NCBI RefSeq assembly: GCF_009914755.1
Contig: NC_060930.1
Source: the human T2T-CHM13v2.0 reference genome, Homo sapiens
Direction: 5' to 3' (one strand)
DNA: 64,000 nt
Of this stretch, positions 14,792 through 31,734 are shown one piece after another. How positions within the stretch are numbered: the first letter of the stretch is position 1; each line of letters begins with the position of its first letter. The notes under the pieces are model-generated. The model was given only the letters and a program-made list of their open reading frames with translations. It did no database searches and was not told the origin of the DNA. The position numbers and the translations under genes are program-made.

Positions 14792-16410
14792 TGGCCAGGC
14801 ACGGTGGTTCACATCTGTAATCCCAGCACTTTAGGAGGCCAAGGCAGGTGGATCACTTGAGGTCAGGAGTTCGAGACCAGCCTGGCCAACATGGTGGAAC
14901 CCCGTCTCTACTAAAAATATATTTTAAAAATCAGCTGGGCATGATGGCGGGCACCTGTAATCCCAGCTACTTAAGAGGCTGAGGCACGAGAATCACTTGG
15001 AACACGGGAGAGGGAGGTTGCAGTGGGCTGAGACTGCACCACTGCACTGCAGCCTGGTTGACAGAAAAAAGAAAAAAATATGTTGGTCCCCAGGAAAGTG
15101 CAACTGAAAGTCTACTGTGCATCCTCATACACTATTGAAGGAGTGTAAACTACCATAGGCTTTTTGGAAGCCAGTATGAAAACAGCTATTAAAATATTAA
15201 ATAAGCACATACTCCAACCCAGTAATTCGACTTCTTAGTATCTACCCCAGAGAAATGCACAAGGAGACTCGTCCATGGATGCTGACTGAAGAACAGTCTA
15301 TCACAGCAAAACATGGAAACAATCTACACATCCATCAACAGGAGGATGGTCAAACACACTATGATACACTGTGGAATGCTAGTTTAAAAGAAAGAAGTTT
15401 AAAATCATGAGGCAGGTTTATAAGTACTAAAATGGAAAATGTCAAAGAAATATTAAGCAAAAAAAAGAAAGTTGGGTCGCATTCAAAAGCAAACAGTAAA
15501 AAAATTTTTAAAGAAATCCACACAAAAAAGAAATTTGTGGAACAATGCATACAATGTGAAAGGTATTGCTACATGTACATACGCACACTTACACAGACAC
15601 ATGGAAAAGATTCTGGAAGTGTACACATTAAACTGATAAAAGTAATTATTTCCAATAAGGACACTTGGATGACAGTGGTGATCAATTTATTTGAACTTAT
15701 TTTAGCAGAATTTATTTGAGCTTTTTTATTATTATTTTTTTTAACCACAAGAGGCAATTCATGTATTAGTTTTGTAATCAAAAATAATTTTTTGGCTGGG
15801 TGCAGTGGCTCATGCCTGTAACCCCAGCACTTTGGGAGGCTACGGCGGGTGGATCATGAAGTCAGGAGTTCAAGACCAGCCTGGCCAAAATGGTGAAACC
15901 CCGTCTCTACTAAAAATACAAAAATTATTCGGGCGTGGTGGCAGGCACCTGTAATCCCAGCTACTCAGGAGGCTGAGACAGAAGAATCACTTGAACTCAG
16001 GGGGTGGAGGTTGCAGTGAGCCAAGATGGTGCCACTGCACTCCAGCCTGGGCCACAGAGTGAGACTCTGTCTCAAAAAAGAAAAAATTAATAATAATAAA
16101 AACAACTTTTTGCCGGGTGTGGTGGCTCATGCCTGTGATCCTAGCACTTAGGGAGGCCAAGGCGAGAAGATTTCTTGAGCCCAGGAGTTAGAGATCAGCC
16201 TGGGCAACATGGCAAAATCCCATCTTCACAAAAAAAACCACAAAAATTAGCCAGGTGTAGTGGTGTGTGCCTGTGGTCCTAGCTACTCGGGAGGCTGAGA
16301 TGGGAGGATCTTTTGAGCCCAGGAGATCAAGGCTACGGTGAGCCATAGTTGCACCACTGCACTCCAGCCTGGGTGACAGAGTGAGACCCTGTTTCATAAT
16401 AAATAAATAA
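14792..16410 (+). mobile_element. Three Alus (14792-15080, 15793-16100, 16112-16410) around an old L1ME-like 3' fragment
   Basis: Alu consensus; L1 3' motifs at 15110-15700 (ggaaacaatctacacatccatcaacagg). Confidence 0.85.
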
Positions 16411-18326
16411 TATAATTTTGTAAAACTCTAAGTCAACCTAAGTTTTTACAAAGTCATTTTTTCAACTGAGTATGCAACAGCTACACTTGGTGACCTCAGG
16501 TTAATACCCTTTCTTTTTTGTCGTTGGTAATAATTTCAATTATTGCTTATGTTTGAAGTTCATGGCATCATGAAATGGATTTTTAAGTCTTATTACAATT
16601 TATTTACTTTTATAGATCCCAAGATTGTCTATAGATAAATGTTTCTATGTGTATTTTTTAAGGTTTTAATGGAAAATTTAAAAAGAAAATTGTTACAAGA
16701 TCCATTGTGCTACCAGGGGAACTTCTGAAATTTGAAATGCACCCTTTTAAGAACTTTTGAAAAAAAAATACTTTCCCCTACTTTGACTAAGTAAGGCAAA
16801 GCACGTTTCTCTGAAAAGTTCAACAGGGAAAGTATAATTTCCCAGGAGTTGCCTCCAAATTGATCTGGTACGAGAATGCTTCTGCACACAATGGAAGGGA
16901 ATGTTGTGGCAAATGGGAACTGAGCAGACTACTGTGTCTCACCAATGCCCTCAAGGCGGCCACATGTTTCAGGCAATTGCAAAGGTTTCACTTCCTTCCC
17001 AGTAAGAACACAGCCTCAGCAGGCTGCTTGGTACAATTTTCAGACAAATATAAAAGGGTCTGATTCACAGACCTCATTTTGTGATTGCCCCAGTTAATAC
17101 TCCTTTGGACATCTTAATCAAGCTTAAGGCAATAAGGTTGTTACTGTGGATATTCTTCGGGGAAAGAAGAGAGAGGGTGTCTGGCAACTGGGCTGGTGTG
17201 TAGAGGCAAGGCTCACAGTGTGGCCCAGCCCTCAGGAACTTTGGATACACATCCAGTATGCATGGATGGATTTTGGAGTATTAGCTTTGGATGCATAATT
17301 CCTAATAATTAAGTAAAAGAAAATTAGGAAGATTTTTTTTAACCGTGAAAATAAAAAATATCCCATCTTCCTGTTTTGTATCCAACCCGCCTCTGAATCA
17401 GAATTCTTAACACAACAGAAGCAAACATAGCACTTGCTACAACCCTTAGGTAGAGATGGACACCACCAAGAGGGTTCTCCAAGGATATCCAGACAACTCA
17501 TGGCTCTTTCAAGTTCCATAAATCTACCTAGTCACTTTTAACTCCTCATAATTGCAAGGCATGTTCCAGGAACACTGGAAAGCAAAGCAGGTAAGTTTCC
17601 ATGGAATGTCCGATTTTATCTTAAATACTAATGAGAAATGTATCTTGGACTGGTGAGGCAAAATTTGAAGGAGAAAAGGAAGATGGAAATGTAAGGTCCT
17701 ATCTTTTTTTTTTTTCTCATGAAACTCAAATAATAACATAACTTCAAAAACACCAAGCTGGTTAGCAACAAAAACAAATAGCTTTGCCAATCACAAAAAG
17801 AAGAATAAGCAAACAGCTCACACACACAACAGAAGTTTCAAGATTATTATGTTGTTAGACAAATATATTTAAAAGATTTGAACAAATCAAAAGGTAGATA
17901 CAAACAAGGTCCTAAAAAGCGACCAGTGGATGTAGACAAGATAACATGGAGTTTCTATAAACAGGAGAAACAGAATAACAAAAAAAATTCTGATAATCAG
18001 GTTTAGATTAGATTATTTCTAAGGTTTCTCCCAATACGAAAATACTTCTCTAACAGATGTGAGACTTTTCCCAAACCGATCTCAAGATCTAATTTTCAGC
18101 ACAGAGCCAATTGGTTGCTGTCCTGTGCTTATCTAAGTGGGCGAGGGGAAGGGATGTAAACTTGGAAGATTTGTGAGCTTAGGTCCTTTTCTAATAGTTG
18201 TAATAGATCAGATAACTTTACAAAATAAATTATCTAAATTTAACTGCCTACCCCAACCAATAGCACATAGCTAGGTAGACAGACAGACAGACAGACAAAA
18301 GTCTGAAGGCAGGATGGAGAACTTGC

Positions 18327-18555
18327 CTGCATGACCACATGTTTGCCCTCACTCCCAGGACCCAGGGACCACTCATAGAGGACAATCTGGTGATCGTCAC
18401 TGCTCTGGTTTCCATTCAAAGTGATGGAGTTTTGGGGCAAAGTTATGGTGTGATTTGGTCCTGCATTAGCAACTGGTGGGTAGTCCACAGCATTGTTCAC
18501 TATTAGGGCTGCAGTTGTAGAGTTAGTGGCTCCGTCCGAGTCTGTAACAGTCAAC
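18327..18555 (-). CDS. KIAA0319: Exon 10 (229 nt): end of PKD2 and start of PKD3, ends at a GC donor
   Basis: LTVTDSDGATNSTT...PPVANAGPNHTITLP...KHVVMQ; CAG|gcaagt. Confidence 0.93.
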
Positions 18556-18592
18556 CTACAAAAAGGAGAAGAAGCCGTAGTTGGAAGAATAT

Positions 18593-18915
<323 letters not shown>

Positions 18916-20068
18916 GACAAAAAAATAATATGCCAAATCTCAAGGTAAACTTAGGTCAATTTAGTCTGCTCATGGAACAGTTCTCGGAACAGGTAAAAAT
19001 AGAAATTTAAGGATGAAGCAAAGATAAACACAGACTTGATATTTTTGTTTGCTTTTGCTGCTGTTGGCTATTTTTAGTTTTAGTTCATAACATATTGATG
19101 TCAGAGTTTCACCTTTATGGATTTCTGATTAGCTTTTGAGATGCTGGGTGAAGAAACCATCCTCACCCAACACAGATGCCACTCTCTTAACGGAGACTAA
19201 AAATGGATCAGGTTTAAGTTCTGCCTGCAGGTTGAGCATGCAGAGACAGCAAATCACTCCTGAATTTTCAGCTACAAAGCTTTTTACTTTTTAATCCTTT
19301 TCTAGAGGACTTATAATTATGTTTTCAGGATACTCCTTGCAAAGCAGTGTTAGGATTAAGCACTTTCAAATGCGAACCAATGCTCAACCTCTGCAAACAA
19401 AAAAGAGAAGTGCGTTAACTTTCCTGCACTAAACTGATTCCTAATGTGGTCCTGAGGACAGTGAATTCACAAATGGGTCACTTCATCCTTCTACGTTAAA
19501 GATGGTGGTGGGAGCAGTGATGAGTGCTAAATAATATCAATAGGCATATGACAATGAAGCTGTGGCAAGAATGCAGGCCTTCCTTGCAGGGAAAAGACAT
19601 GTAGGGGGCACCTGTGCATTCTGAGCTTCCTTCCACACTATCCCTCATACTCCACACAACCAAGATCCAACTTCTACTTCTGGCTCTGACAGCAAACCAA
19701 ACATCTAAAGTCCTTCCTTCTCAACCAGGCTGAGTCAGGACACTTTTTGGGCCCGTTAGGAAATTTCTTCATGGGTTAGCAGCAGTAAGCTGCTCCAATA
19801 AGATGGTAAAGCGTAATTAAATACAAATGAATTAAATGAATCTCATAAAGTACCTTTCACTATATATAAATTTTACTCCAATAAATAAATAAAGTTCCTA
19901 TTAATTGATGAGGATATCAGAGTCTCCAGCGGCATGCAACCAAAACCCCCATGAAAGCCAAATCTCTTTTGATCAAAATAAGAAGTGCAGTGTTTTATGT
20001 GCGTTAATTTAAAGAAACAGTCAAAATGTAAGTAGCAGGCAGCACAATAAAGGCAGGGACCCACTTGC

Positions 20069-20201
20069 CTGAAACTATAGTTACCAGGATCAAGGTTAGA
20101 CAAGCGTAAGACGGGAGAGTCAACTGAAGTCTTCTCTTCTATGAAGGGCCCGTTTATTTCTTCCCAATGATAACTCACTATTTCAGTATCATCTGTACTT
20201 T
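20069..20201 (-). CDS. KIAA0319: Exon 9 (133 nt): PKD2, ends at a GC donor
   Basis: STDDTEIVSYHWEEINGP...DPGNYSFR; CAG|gcaagt. Confidence 0.93.
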
Positions 20202-21362
20202 CTACAAGATTAAGAAATAAAGACAAGAATGAAATACAAGAAGAGGAAGACATAAGTTTTATACTTTAATTATTGCATATTTAAATTCATTTTTATAAGA
20301 AATTATGTACTTGCCTAGATCTCAATGGATATATACTGTATTAGAAGGAGATTCTTTCCTACTCCCGAAATTATATCACTATTTTTCTCCTGGATTTCCA
20401 CCAGATTTGAATGAGGCTGTTCCCACTCAGTTGAATATTTAAGAAGCACAGTGACAGATGCTTTTGCTTTTAAAAAACAGGAGTCAACAAAATGCAGCAC
20501 ATGGAAATGCTACTTCTGCTCACCTCAGCTACAGCATACTGATCATTTTAAATAGGCACCTGAGCTGACAGGTTCAAAAAGACTTGAGTTGCCTTTCTAC
20601 AACTTACAAAACATCTTTTACTACCTTAATTATTAAGGGGTAAATCCAGAGAAAGCTCACAGCCTTACATGAAAATCTTCCATTTCTACTTTAAAAGAGA
20701 ACAAACATAATGTGCCATGCAGATTCATAGAAATTTAGACCTGGAAAGGGGCTAGTTTCATCTAATTCATTTAAGGAAAGAACAAGTTCATGTGACAGAT
20801 TAATAATCCTGAACAGTTTCCTGTAAATAAGCCATACTGAATTAGAGGAATCAAAATGTGACCTATTTGGTCATGTAAATATTTCCATTTAAAATATGCT
20901 TTATTTTCATGGTGCTAAGATGGAAATATGGATTATTTTTGAGTAGATGCAAATGGTCATGTCAATGTGATCTCTGTAAATTTGCAGGCTTGCAAGATAG
21001 GGCAGCTTTAATGGCTAACAAGTATTCTTCTTCCAACAACCAAGGCAACCGTTCTTCCTCTAAAGGATTTGGTATTAACTTTGTGATTAAATGTACATAA
21101 AATGCAATTACCTGTTACACTGATAAGGTTGAACCTAGTCAACCACAGGATGTTTTCAACCTATTCTTATTTACATGGACACCTGTAGTTAACACAGGGG
21201 CCCCTTCCACATATACTCCCATAGAAGAAACGATCTCTGAATGAATTTTAAAAAACCACCACGCTCCCTCACTGAAGACATCCCTTCTAAGAGTTCTTAA
21301 AAGTGATTTTCCCATCTGGTGGGGGGCACCTCCCCTCCCAAGTCAGGTCACGGGAGCTCCTC

Positions 21363-21509
21363 TATATAAAGATATATATATATATATATATCTTATATAT
21401 CTCATATATATCTTATATATCTCATATATATATCTTATATATCTCATATATCTTATATATCTCATATATATCTTATATATCTTATATATATATACATATA
21501 TATATACAC
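21363..21509. repeat. Compound AT microsatellite (TATATATCT[T/C]) array
   Basis: Read directly. Confidence 0.95.
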
Positions 21510-21816
21510 AAAGTGATTTTCCAACTGCTAACCATATATACCACACCAGAAGGAGATTCTTCAATAATTGCTCTAATTCCCTATCAAATGGCCAGGCGCT
21601 AAAGAACTTTCTAATAGAATAGACGAAAGGTGAAGGGAAAATAAGCACAGGATAGAGGAGCTAAAGGAACTAAAGAAGACATAAAACTAAAGAAGGAGGT
21701 GATCGTTTATCAAAGTAACAGCCCATAAGTCCTCCTAGCTTTGATGCAGAGCACTCATTACATTTCGTAGCACGTAGAGAAAAAAAGAAATCCCTAAACT
21801 ATCTCAGGATACACAC

Positions 21817-21909
21817 GGCTGCCATCAATGAGGGCTGACGTCAAAGGCAAAGTGAGCTCTTGCAGTTGGGGAGAAACAACTGCTACAGGTGGCAGGTTGA
21901 CTCTTCTGG
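21817..21909 (-). CDS. KIAA0319: Exon 8 (93 nt): start of PKD2
   Basis: ARRVNLPPVAVVSPQLQELTLPLTSALIDGS; polyT-ttacag acceptor; donor GCC|gtgtgt. Confidence 0.94.
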
Positions 21910-22884
21910 CTGTAACAAAAAAAAGGACAGTGACTGAGCCCATCTTGTGTAGGCATATGTCATTACCCACATAAAATCATCTACTTTAAAAAATTGATTA
22001 TACATGTCCTGTCAAGAAGGTGTTTATCCTACAGGCCTCAACTATGGAGAGCACTTTTTAAAGTCTGGAGTCTCTCTATGAATTTCAGGAGCTTGTCTGG
22101 ACATTTACACTTTTGCATGTAAGCCCAGGCTCAGTGAAGATGTACAATAATAACCAAGGGGCTCATCACAGAATGTGAGCAGTAATTACAGAGCAGGAGC
22201 AAGGGATGAAGGGATTACAGTTCCAGCTCCTTGGATTGAGTGGATCTTATATCTCTAACTGAAGGCAACTCCCCCCCCCACCCCCCATAACCATATGCAA
22301 AAGATAGAGCTGTCAGGCCCTCAGGGTGGGCTGAAGTGGGTACAAGGGAGGTTCACCTTGATTGGGTCGGTTGTGCCCTCAGCACAGGTGAGGGGTTGGT
22401 GGAGGCTGAAAGCCAGCCCATGTTCTACTCACCAAGCCAGGGCTGTGCCCACCCAGCCCAAGAACCACCTGTTTCTAATTCACATGAATGCACTGACCAA
22501 TGGGCATACATTTTCCCCTGACCTCTTGGTTGCTCAGTTGAATGTATTCAACATGCCCCTGCTTCGAAGGTGAAGCTGAATCACGGAGAGTGGAGGTAGA
22601 AGTTAGAGTGGATGGTGTAAATGTCAGATAGAGAGGGCTAAGGTAGATTTGCCACCATTCGAGAGCAGCCAGCAATAACCTTGTCAAGCAAGTACAAAGT
22701 GTTATGCGAAAGGTAGAAAAAAAAACCAAAAATATAATCTTTGCGTGTTTTCTCTACAATGGAGCCTAATACAAAATAGGTTTTGTCTCTCTAGGTAGAT
22801 AGGTAGACAGATATAGAGTCATCCAGGCACCAAAAATTGAGATAAATATGTACAACAGGAGGTCATTCTCTTACACCGGCTTAC

Positions 22885-22972
22885 CAGGCTTAACAGTGAC
22901 ATTGACAAATCCTTCTCCAAAGGCGTTTTCACTAGAAACAGTGACTTTGAAGACATAAAGTCCGACGGACAA
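22885..22972 (-). CDS. KIAA0319: Exon 7 (88 nt): end of PKD1
   Basis: LSVGLYVFKVTVSSENAFGEGFVNVTVKP; ttacag| and G|gtaag. Confidence 0.95.
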
Positions 22973-23234
22973 CTGTAACATAAAGAAAAGTTGTACAGTT
23001 CAACATGCAAGACGTGATGGGTCCACTACGTAGAAAAAGCTAAAATGTCCCAGAAGCCGCACTCCTAAAGTCAGCATAGAGAAGGGGCTCAGGAGACAGT
23101 CTCATTTGGATCTGTCAAGAGGCTGCCGCATGTTTGAAGCCTGAATTCTGGAGCACTAAAGATCACCTAGACAGGCCTTTAGCTTCGCTGCAGAGGGCTT
23201 CAAAGAGGCCTGGGTGAGATGGACCAGCAGAGGG

Positions 23235-23335
23235 CAGCAGTTCTCAAATGTGTGTATGGAACCATGCATTTTTACCACCTAGCTCTGGTGCATTGGTTGC
23301 CGGTGGTCTGGATGCCACACTTTGAGAAACACAGC
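23235..23335. mobile_element. MER5-like hAT MITE remnant
   Basis: Termini cagcagttctcaaa and tttgagaaacacag. Confidence 0.6.
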
Positions 23336-23820
23336 TCCATGACATGAGGGTGATGCAAGTCTGTGTTGTACCATTAGCTGTGTGGTCCCAGGAGATGAAG
23401 TCAACATAATCATCTGGTAGGAGACTAGATCTCTAGTCGCTAAGTCGGTTTATATATCCTCCTAGGCCAGAAAGAGGGCATGTTTCTTGTGAGTGCTTGT
23501 ATCATAGAACAATATGTGATAGGGCAAATTGTGACCTGGAATGGAATTATTGGCAACTCTAGAGATGTGCCGGACTGAGAACCAGAGATAAGTAGAATGT
23601 CCTTAACACTGCAAGGAGAGCAAGAGTTACAACAGGTTTTTAACCTCTCTGCAATGCTTGTGGGACAACCAGGCTCTTTTCCCCAAACTGAGATATACTA
23701 AGTAACCCAAATAAAGAAACGCCATCCAAAGCCTCTTAACCATCTGCCTGCCTACTTGCATGCCTGAAACTTTATTCATTCATATCCTACTTTTGATCTT
23801 ACCATGAGAAAGATGTTTGC

Positions 23821-24157
<337 letters not shown>

Positions 24158-24207
24158 CTATGCCGTTACGCTGTGCTGTTAGACACAACCAGTCTCCAGT
24201 TACTTAC

Positions 24208-24305
24208 TTGAGAGAGGTTAAGAGTTTGCTTGTGTCCTTGTTTTATTTCACCTTGGTAGTCTGTGGGGTGGCTTATTAAATTCCATTCATAGTTGTAGGT
24301 TGTTT
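24208..24305 (-). CDS. KIAA0319: Exon 6 (98 nt): PKD1
   Basis: ETTYNYEWNLISHPTDYQGEIKQGHKQTLNLSQ; CAA|gtaagt. Confidence 0.95.
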
Positions 24306-25562
24306 CTGAGAGCAAAAAATAAATATGAGTAGTTATAAATTCTGAGAGGACACTAGATAACCTGGGCAGAGGGAAGATGACAGCCTTTAAACCACCAGTG
24401 CAGATTACCTTAGATATACTCAACTCAGCTTTCTTTTTTTTTTTTAACTTATATATATATTTTTTGTTTATTTGTTTTTATCCCCTCACTCTTGTTATCA
24501 TCTTATGAACTTGACTTTCAACTATCAGCCAAGATAACATGTATCTTCTTAATGTAACATTTCTTTTTTTGTTATAAAAACATACGTCTTACAGGAAATT
24601 TTTAAAATGTATAAAGTTAAAAAAAAAAAAACCTCCCTAACTTAACCATTAGTATGTGATGAGTTTTTTCCTAGGGGGCTACATCTGACTATCCATATCA
24701 GTTTTAACATAGTATAATACATTGTGCTTTTCTCTTTTTAACAAAAGGCAAGGAGATTTCAATTCATTTGATCTGTTGTAGGGGTTTATTTAAGGACACA
24801 AAAACAGTATAAACATGTCTATGTTAAGATGAAACTGTCTCCCAGCTGCAGATATTAGTAGTTAAAATATAAGGTACCTCACCTCAAAGGATTAAAATGC
24901 AAATGCCAAATATTATCATCTCTGTGTATAAAATTTTGACCAATATGTGGTGGAGAAAAAAATGAATTAAGGAACTAACCTGAATGAGAAATAGTCAAAC
25001 ACCTTAAGAATGAGTTTACCTTAAAAACAATGCATTTGACAGGCCACAGGTCCCAGGTCAAATGCTTACTGAATGGTAGAGCACTGGACAAGTAGAAGAA
25101 AGAGCATTTTGAATAAATTTTTTTGAGCAGCTAGTGTGAGGCATCCTGAGAACCTGAGAGCCGTGATTGTCAATGCCACAGTATCTGCAAACAAACCTAT
25201 GGGTGCACGCCACTTCCCTCTCATCCCGGTGGAATCTTCCCAGGTTCTATGGGTTATTACAGTTCAAGAACTGGTACGTGGCAGCCTCTCCTGATCTGCT
25301 TTGCATCATCAGAAATTTATGACTTTCCATCCTGACCAATTAAACGATATATACTGTATTTAATTTCCTAGATTCTTACTCCATTTGAAACTATTTCAAC
25401 AAATGTTGATGCTTAAGAATAATCAAAGCCTTGTCCTCCACCTTTGTTTGTGACGTCGTGCAATACTGTGAAAAAGAATCGGCGTTGTAAATAGCCTGTA
25501 AGGACCTGCTGAAGAAAAACACCCCAGTTCCTAGTGGTCAGGGAGGAAGGTTAAACTCTCAC

Positions 25563-25661
25563 CTACAGGTGGCGCTGGCGCAACAAAGGCCTTCAGTTCA
25601 ACTTCATTGTCGGGTAAAGTTATAATTAGGTTATCTCCAGCCGATACCGTAAGTTCTTTCA
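25563..25661 (-). CDS. KIAA0319: Exon 5 (99 nt): start of PKD1
   Basis: VKELTVSAGDNLIITLPDNEVELKAFVAPAPPV; ttag| and G|gtgag. Confidence 0.95.
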
Positions 25662-27136
25662 CTAAAAGTTAATTAGAAATAATACGTGCAATTATATAAT
25701 ATAATGTGTTACATTACTGCTCTACACTAGATCTGTTTTTGGTATCCATAAATTAAAATAACATATGCTTTTGTAATAGTTCTTCATAAGATTTTAGCTA
25801 AGGCACGTTTTTCCTCTGGCTAGAAATTGAACTGTACACTATATTATAGTACAGGGTTTTAAACCACAAATATGAGTTGGCACTGTGACAAAAATAATGA
25901 TTCAAATTGACTGAGCAACGTATTGAGTGACAAGAGTTGCGTGAAACAGGTTTCATGCAACTGTGAATTGGGTCCATTTTCTCCCTTGCTATCAGCTTTT
26001 CTTGACGCCCTGGTGTGAGCTATTTTTAGTTATAAAAAGATTGAGTGTAATCCTAAGTGTTTCTGTCTCATTAGTCACACTCCACTCAGTTCTGATGGTA
26101 GCCTCATGAATTACTGCTAATGGCCTTGTACTTGGAACCTTTCCAAGACAAAATCCAGTCACCCTCAATATAAAAAACCTATTTTAACTTAAGCAGCAGG
26201 AACATTAACTCTTATCAAAAGTGCTTAGCCACCAAGTAAGCATTCAGAACAATACTTGTTTACTTTCTCTGTAACCAGATTACATTGATATATTCATAAA
26301 TTCTATCGGTTTGGCTCCATTGGACATTAGTTTCACTTGTAAAATATATTGCGATATGTCCAGATACTACACAGAGAAAAGCAAAGATTTAAAAAAAAAA
26401 AAAAAAAAAAAAAAGCTGAGTGCTCCAGAGGGATCAGCTGCAAGGAGATGTCAGACAGGTTGTTCATTTAATCCACTCCCCTCCTCTCAGTCCTCAGTCC
26501 CTCGAGTGCCTCCTAGATCAGCTGCAGAGGCTCTCAGTGGCTTTGCTGGCTCCTCTCTTGTCATTTTCACTAACTCTTTATCCTGAAAGTCAGCAACTGT
26601 AGACCTAGAAGGGACATTGATCCAAACCTATCATGTTATAGGTGGGGAAATTAAATCCTAGAAAAGCAAAGTTGTCCAAGGCTGTATGGTAATTAGCAAT
26701 AGGTCCACCAATATTTAATTTAAATGTATTCATTTCAACAAACACTTATATACCGGATTAAACTGTGCCAGGCATTGCCCCAAGGGCTTTAAAATGATCA
26801 ATTCATTTAATCCTCATTACAACTGTATGCAGTAGGTTCTATTAAAACCCAAAGATCCTGGGCCAAACTCCCAGGCCAGTTTCTTTTTCCGTATACTACA
26901 CAGCTTCTCTCCCACTATTATCTTTCTCTCTATGGAAGCTCAGGATCAAAGTAAATACAAAAGTTAGAGAGAGTAATCTCCAAAATACATGGCCCACAGA
27001 AAAGCTCAGGAAACATGACCCTTACGTCTAGCATATTCTAATAACTTCCTTATTGGAAAATCTAATGGAAGCTTTGCAATCCTCACCACAGCCTCTGCGA
27101 CACATGGAGCTTTGATACGTCTTCCCTTTTGGAACT

Positions 27137-28785
<1,649 letters not shown>

Positions 28786-28789
28786 GAAC

Positions 28790-30475
<1,686 letters not shown>

Positions 30476-30551
30476 CTTTAAAAGTTGTCACCACCAAATT
30501 CTACAGCCTGTCTTCAGTACATTTCTTGAAATTGTATTTTTTAAAAGTTAC

Positions 30552-30744
30552 CTGTCCTGGGAGCAGTGGTAGGAGATATGGGTAGCTCAGATGGGGTGGA
30601 CTCAGAGGGGGCTGTGCTAGTGGGAGGTGTTGGGATGCTGTGCTCTGTACTCCCCGGGGTGACTGTGAGCACTGGGCTTTTCTCCACGGTGACTGAGCTG
30701 AGCTCCAGGCTTGCCGGAGGAAGACTATGGGAAGGCATTAGAAC
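30552..30744 (-). CDS. KIAA0319: Exon 4 (193 nt): Ser/Thr/Pro-rich mucin-like region
   Basis: VLMPSHSLPP...TTAPRT; gtag|GTT and ACAG|gtaac. Confidence 0.96.
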
Positions 30745-31029
30745 CTACGAGATCAATTACAAGGATAAATTGTTATTAAAAAAAAAACAGTCCAACTCTT
30801 CAAGCAACTCAATGTTACCAACCTTTTTCATAAATTAGCTTTGGTAATGTTTGAAAAACCATGAATAATATTGCAAAACTCTGGAACTCTAGACCATCTC
30901 TCTCAAGTACTCTCTTTGCTGTCTATTAGAAACATAAGGCAACTGTGGGTTGGACAATTAGTATAGGTGAACTCACACAAACACTCAAAGAATGAGAAAG
31001 TAATTATAGTAGCCCCTAAACTGACCAGT

Positions 31030-31734
31030 TCAATGGACTGAATGTTTCTGCCCCACACCTCCTTCCACCCCAAAAAATTCATTTGTTGAAATCCTAACCC
31101 TCAATGTGATAGTATTTGGAGGTAGGGCCTTTGGGAAGTAATTAGGTTATGAGGGTAAAGCCTTCATAAATGGGATTCGTGCCCTTATAAGTAGAGGAGA
31201 AAGAGCTAGCTAGCTCTCTTTCTTCCTTGTAAACACACAGCAAAAAGATGACTACCTATAAATCAAGAAACCCTCGCCAAGAACCCAACCCTGCTGGCAT
31301 CCTAATCTCAGACCTCCAAACTTCAGTTCTGTGAGATATAAATGTCTGTTGTTTAAGCCACCCAGTTCATGGCTGATATGGCTAGGCTTTGTGCCCCCAC
31401 CCAAATCTCATCTTGAATTATAATCCCCACGTGTCAAGGGAGAGACCAAATGGAGGTAACTGGATCATGGGACGGTTCCCCCCATGCTGTTCTCGTGATA
31501 GTGAGTGAGTTCTCACGAGATCTGGTGGTTTTATAAGCATCTGGCATTTCCCCTGCTTGCTCTCTCACCTGCTGCCATGACTGTAAGTTCCCTGAGGCCT
31601 CCCCAGCCATGTGGAACTGTGAGTTACTTAAACCTCTTTCCTTTGTAAATTAACCAGTCTTAGGTATGTCTTTATAGCAATGTAAGAATGGACTACTACA
31701 ATGGTATTTTGTTACAGCAGCACAAGCTAAGACA
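31030..31734 (+). mobile_element. MLT1A-like LTR with a nested THE1/MST LTR at 31374-31700
   Basis: Inner element TGATATGG...ACTACA with 5-bp TSD atggc/atggt. Confidence 0.85.

Noticed and set aside
21303-21648. Ile/Tyr-rich ORFs
   Set aside because: Translation of the AT microsatellite
25450-25460. CRE-like TGACGTCG near exon 5
   Set aside because: A single imperfect motif, expected by chance
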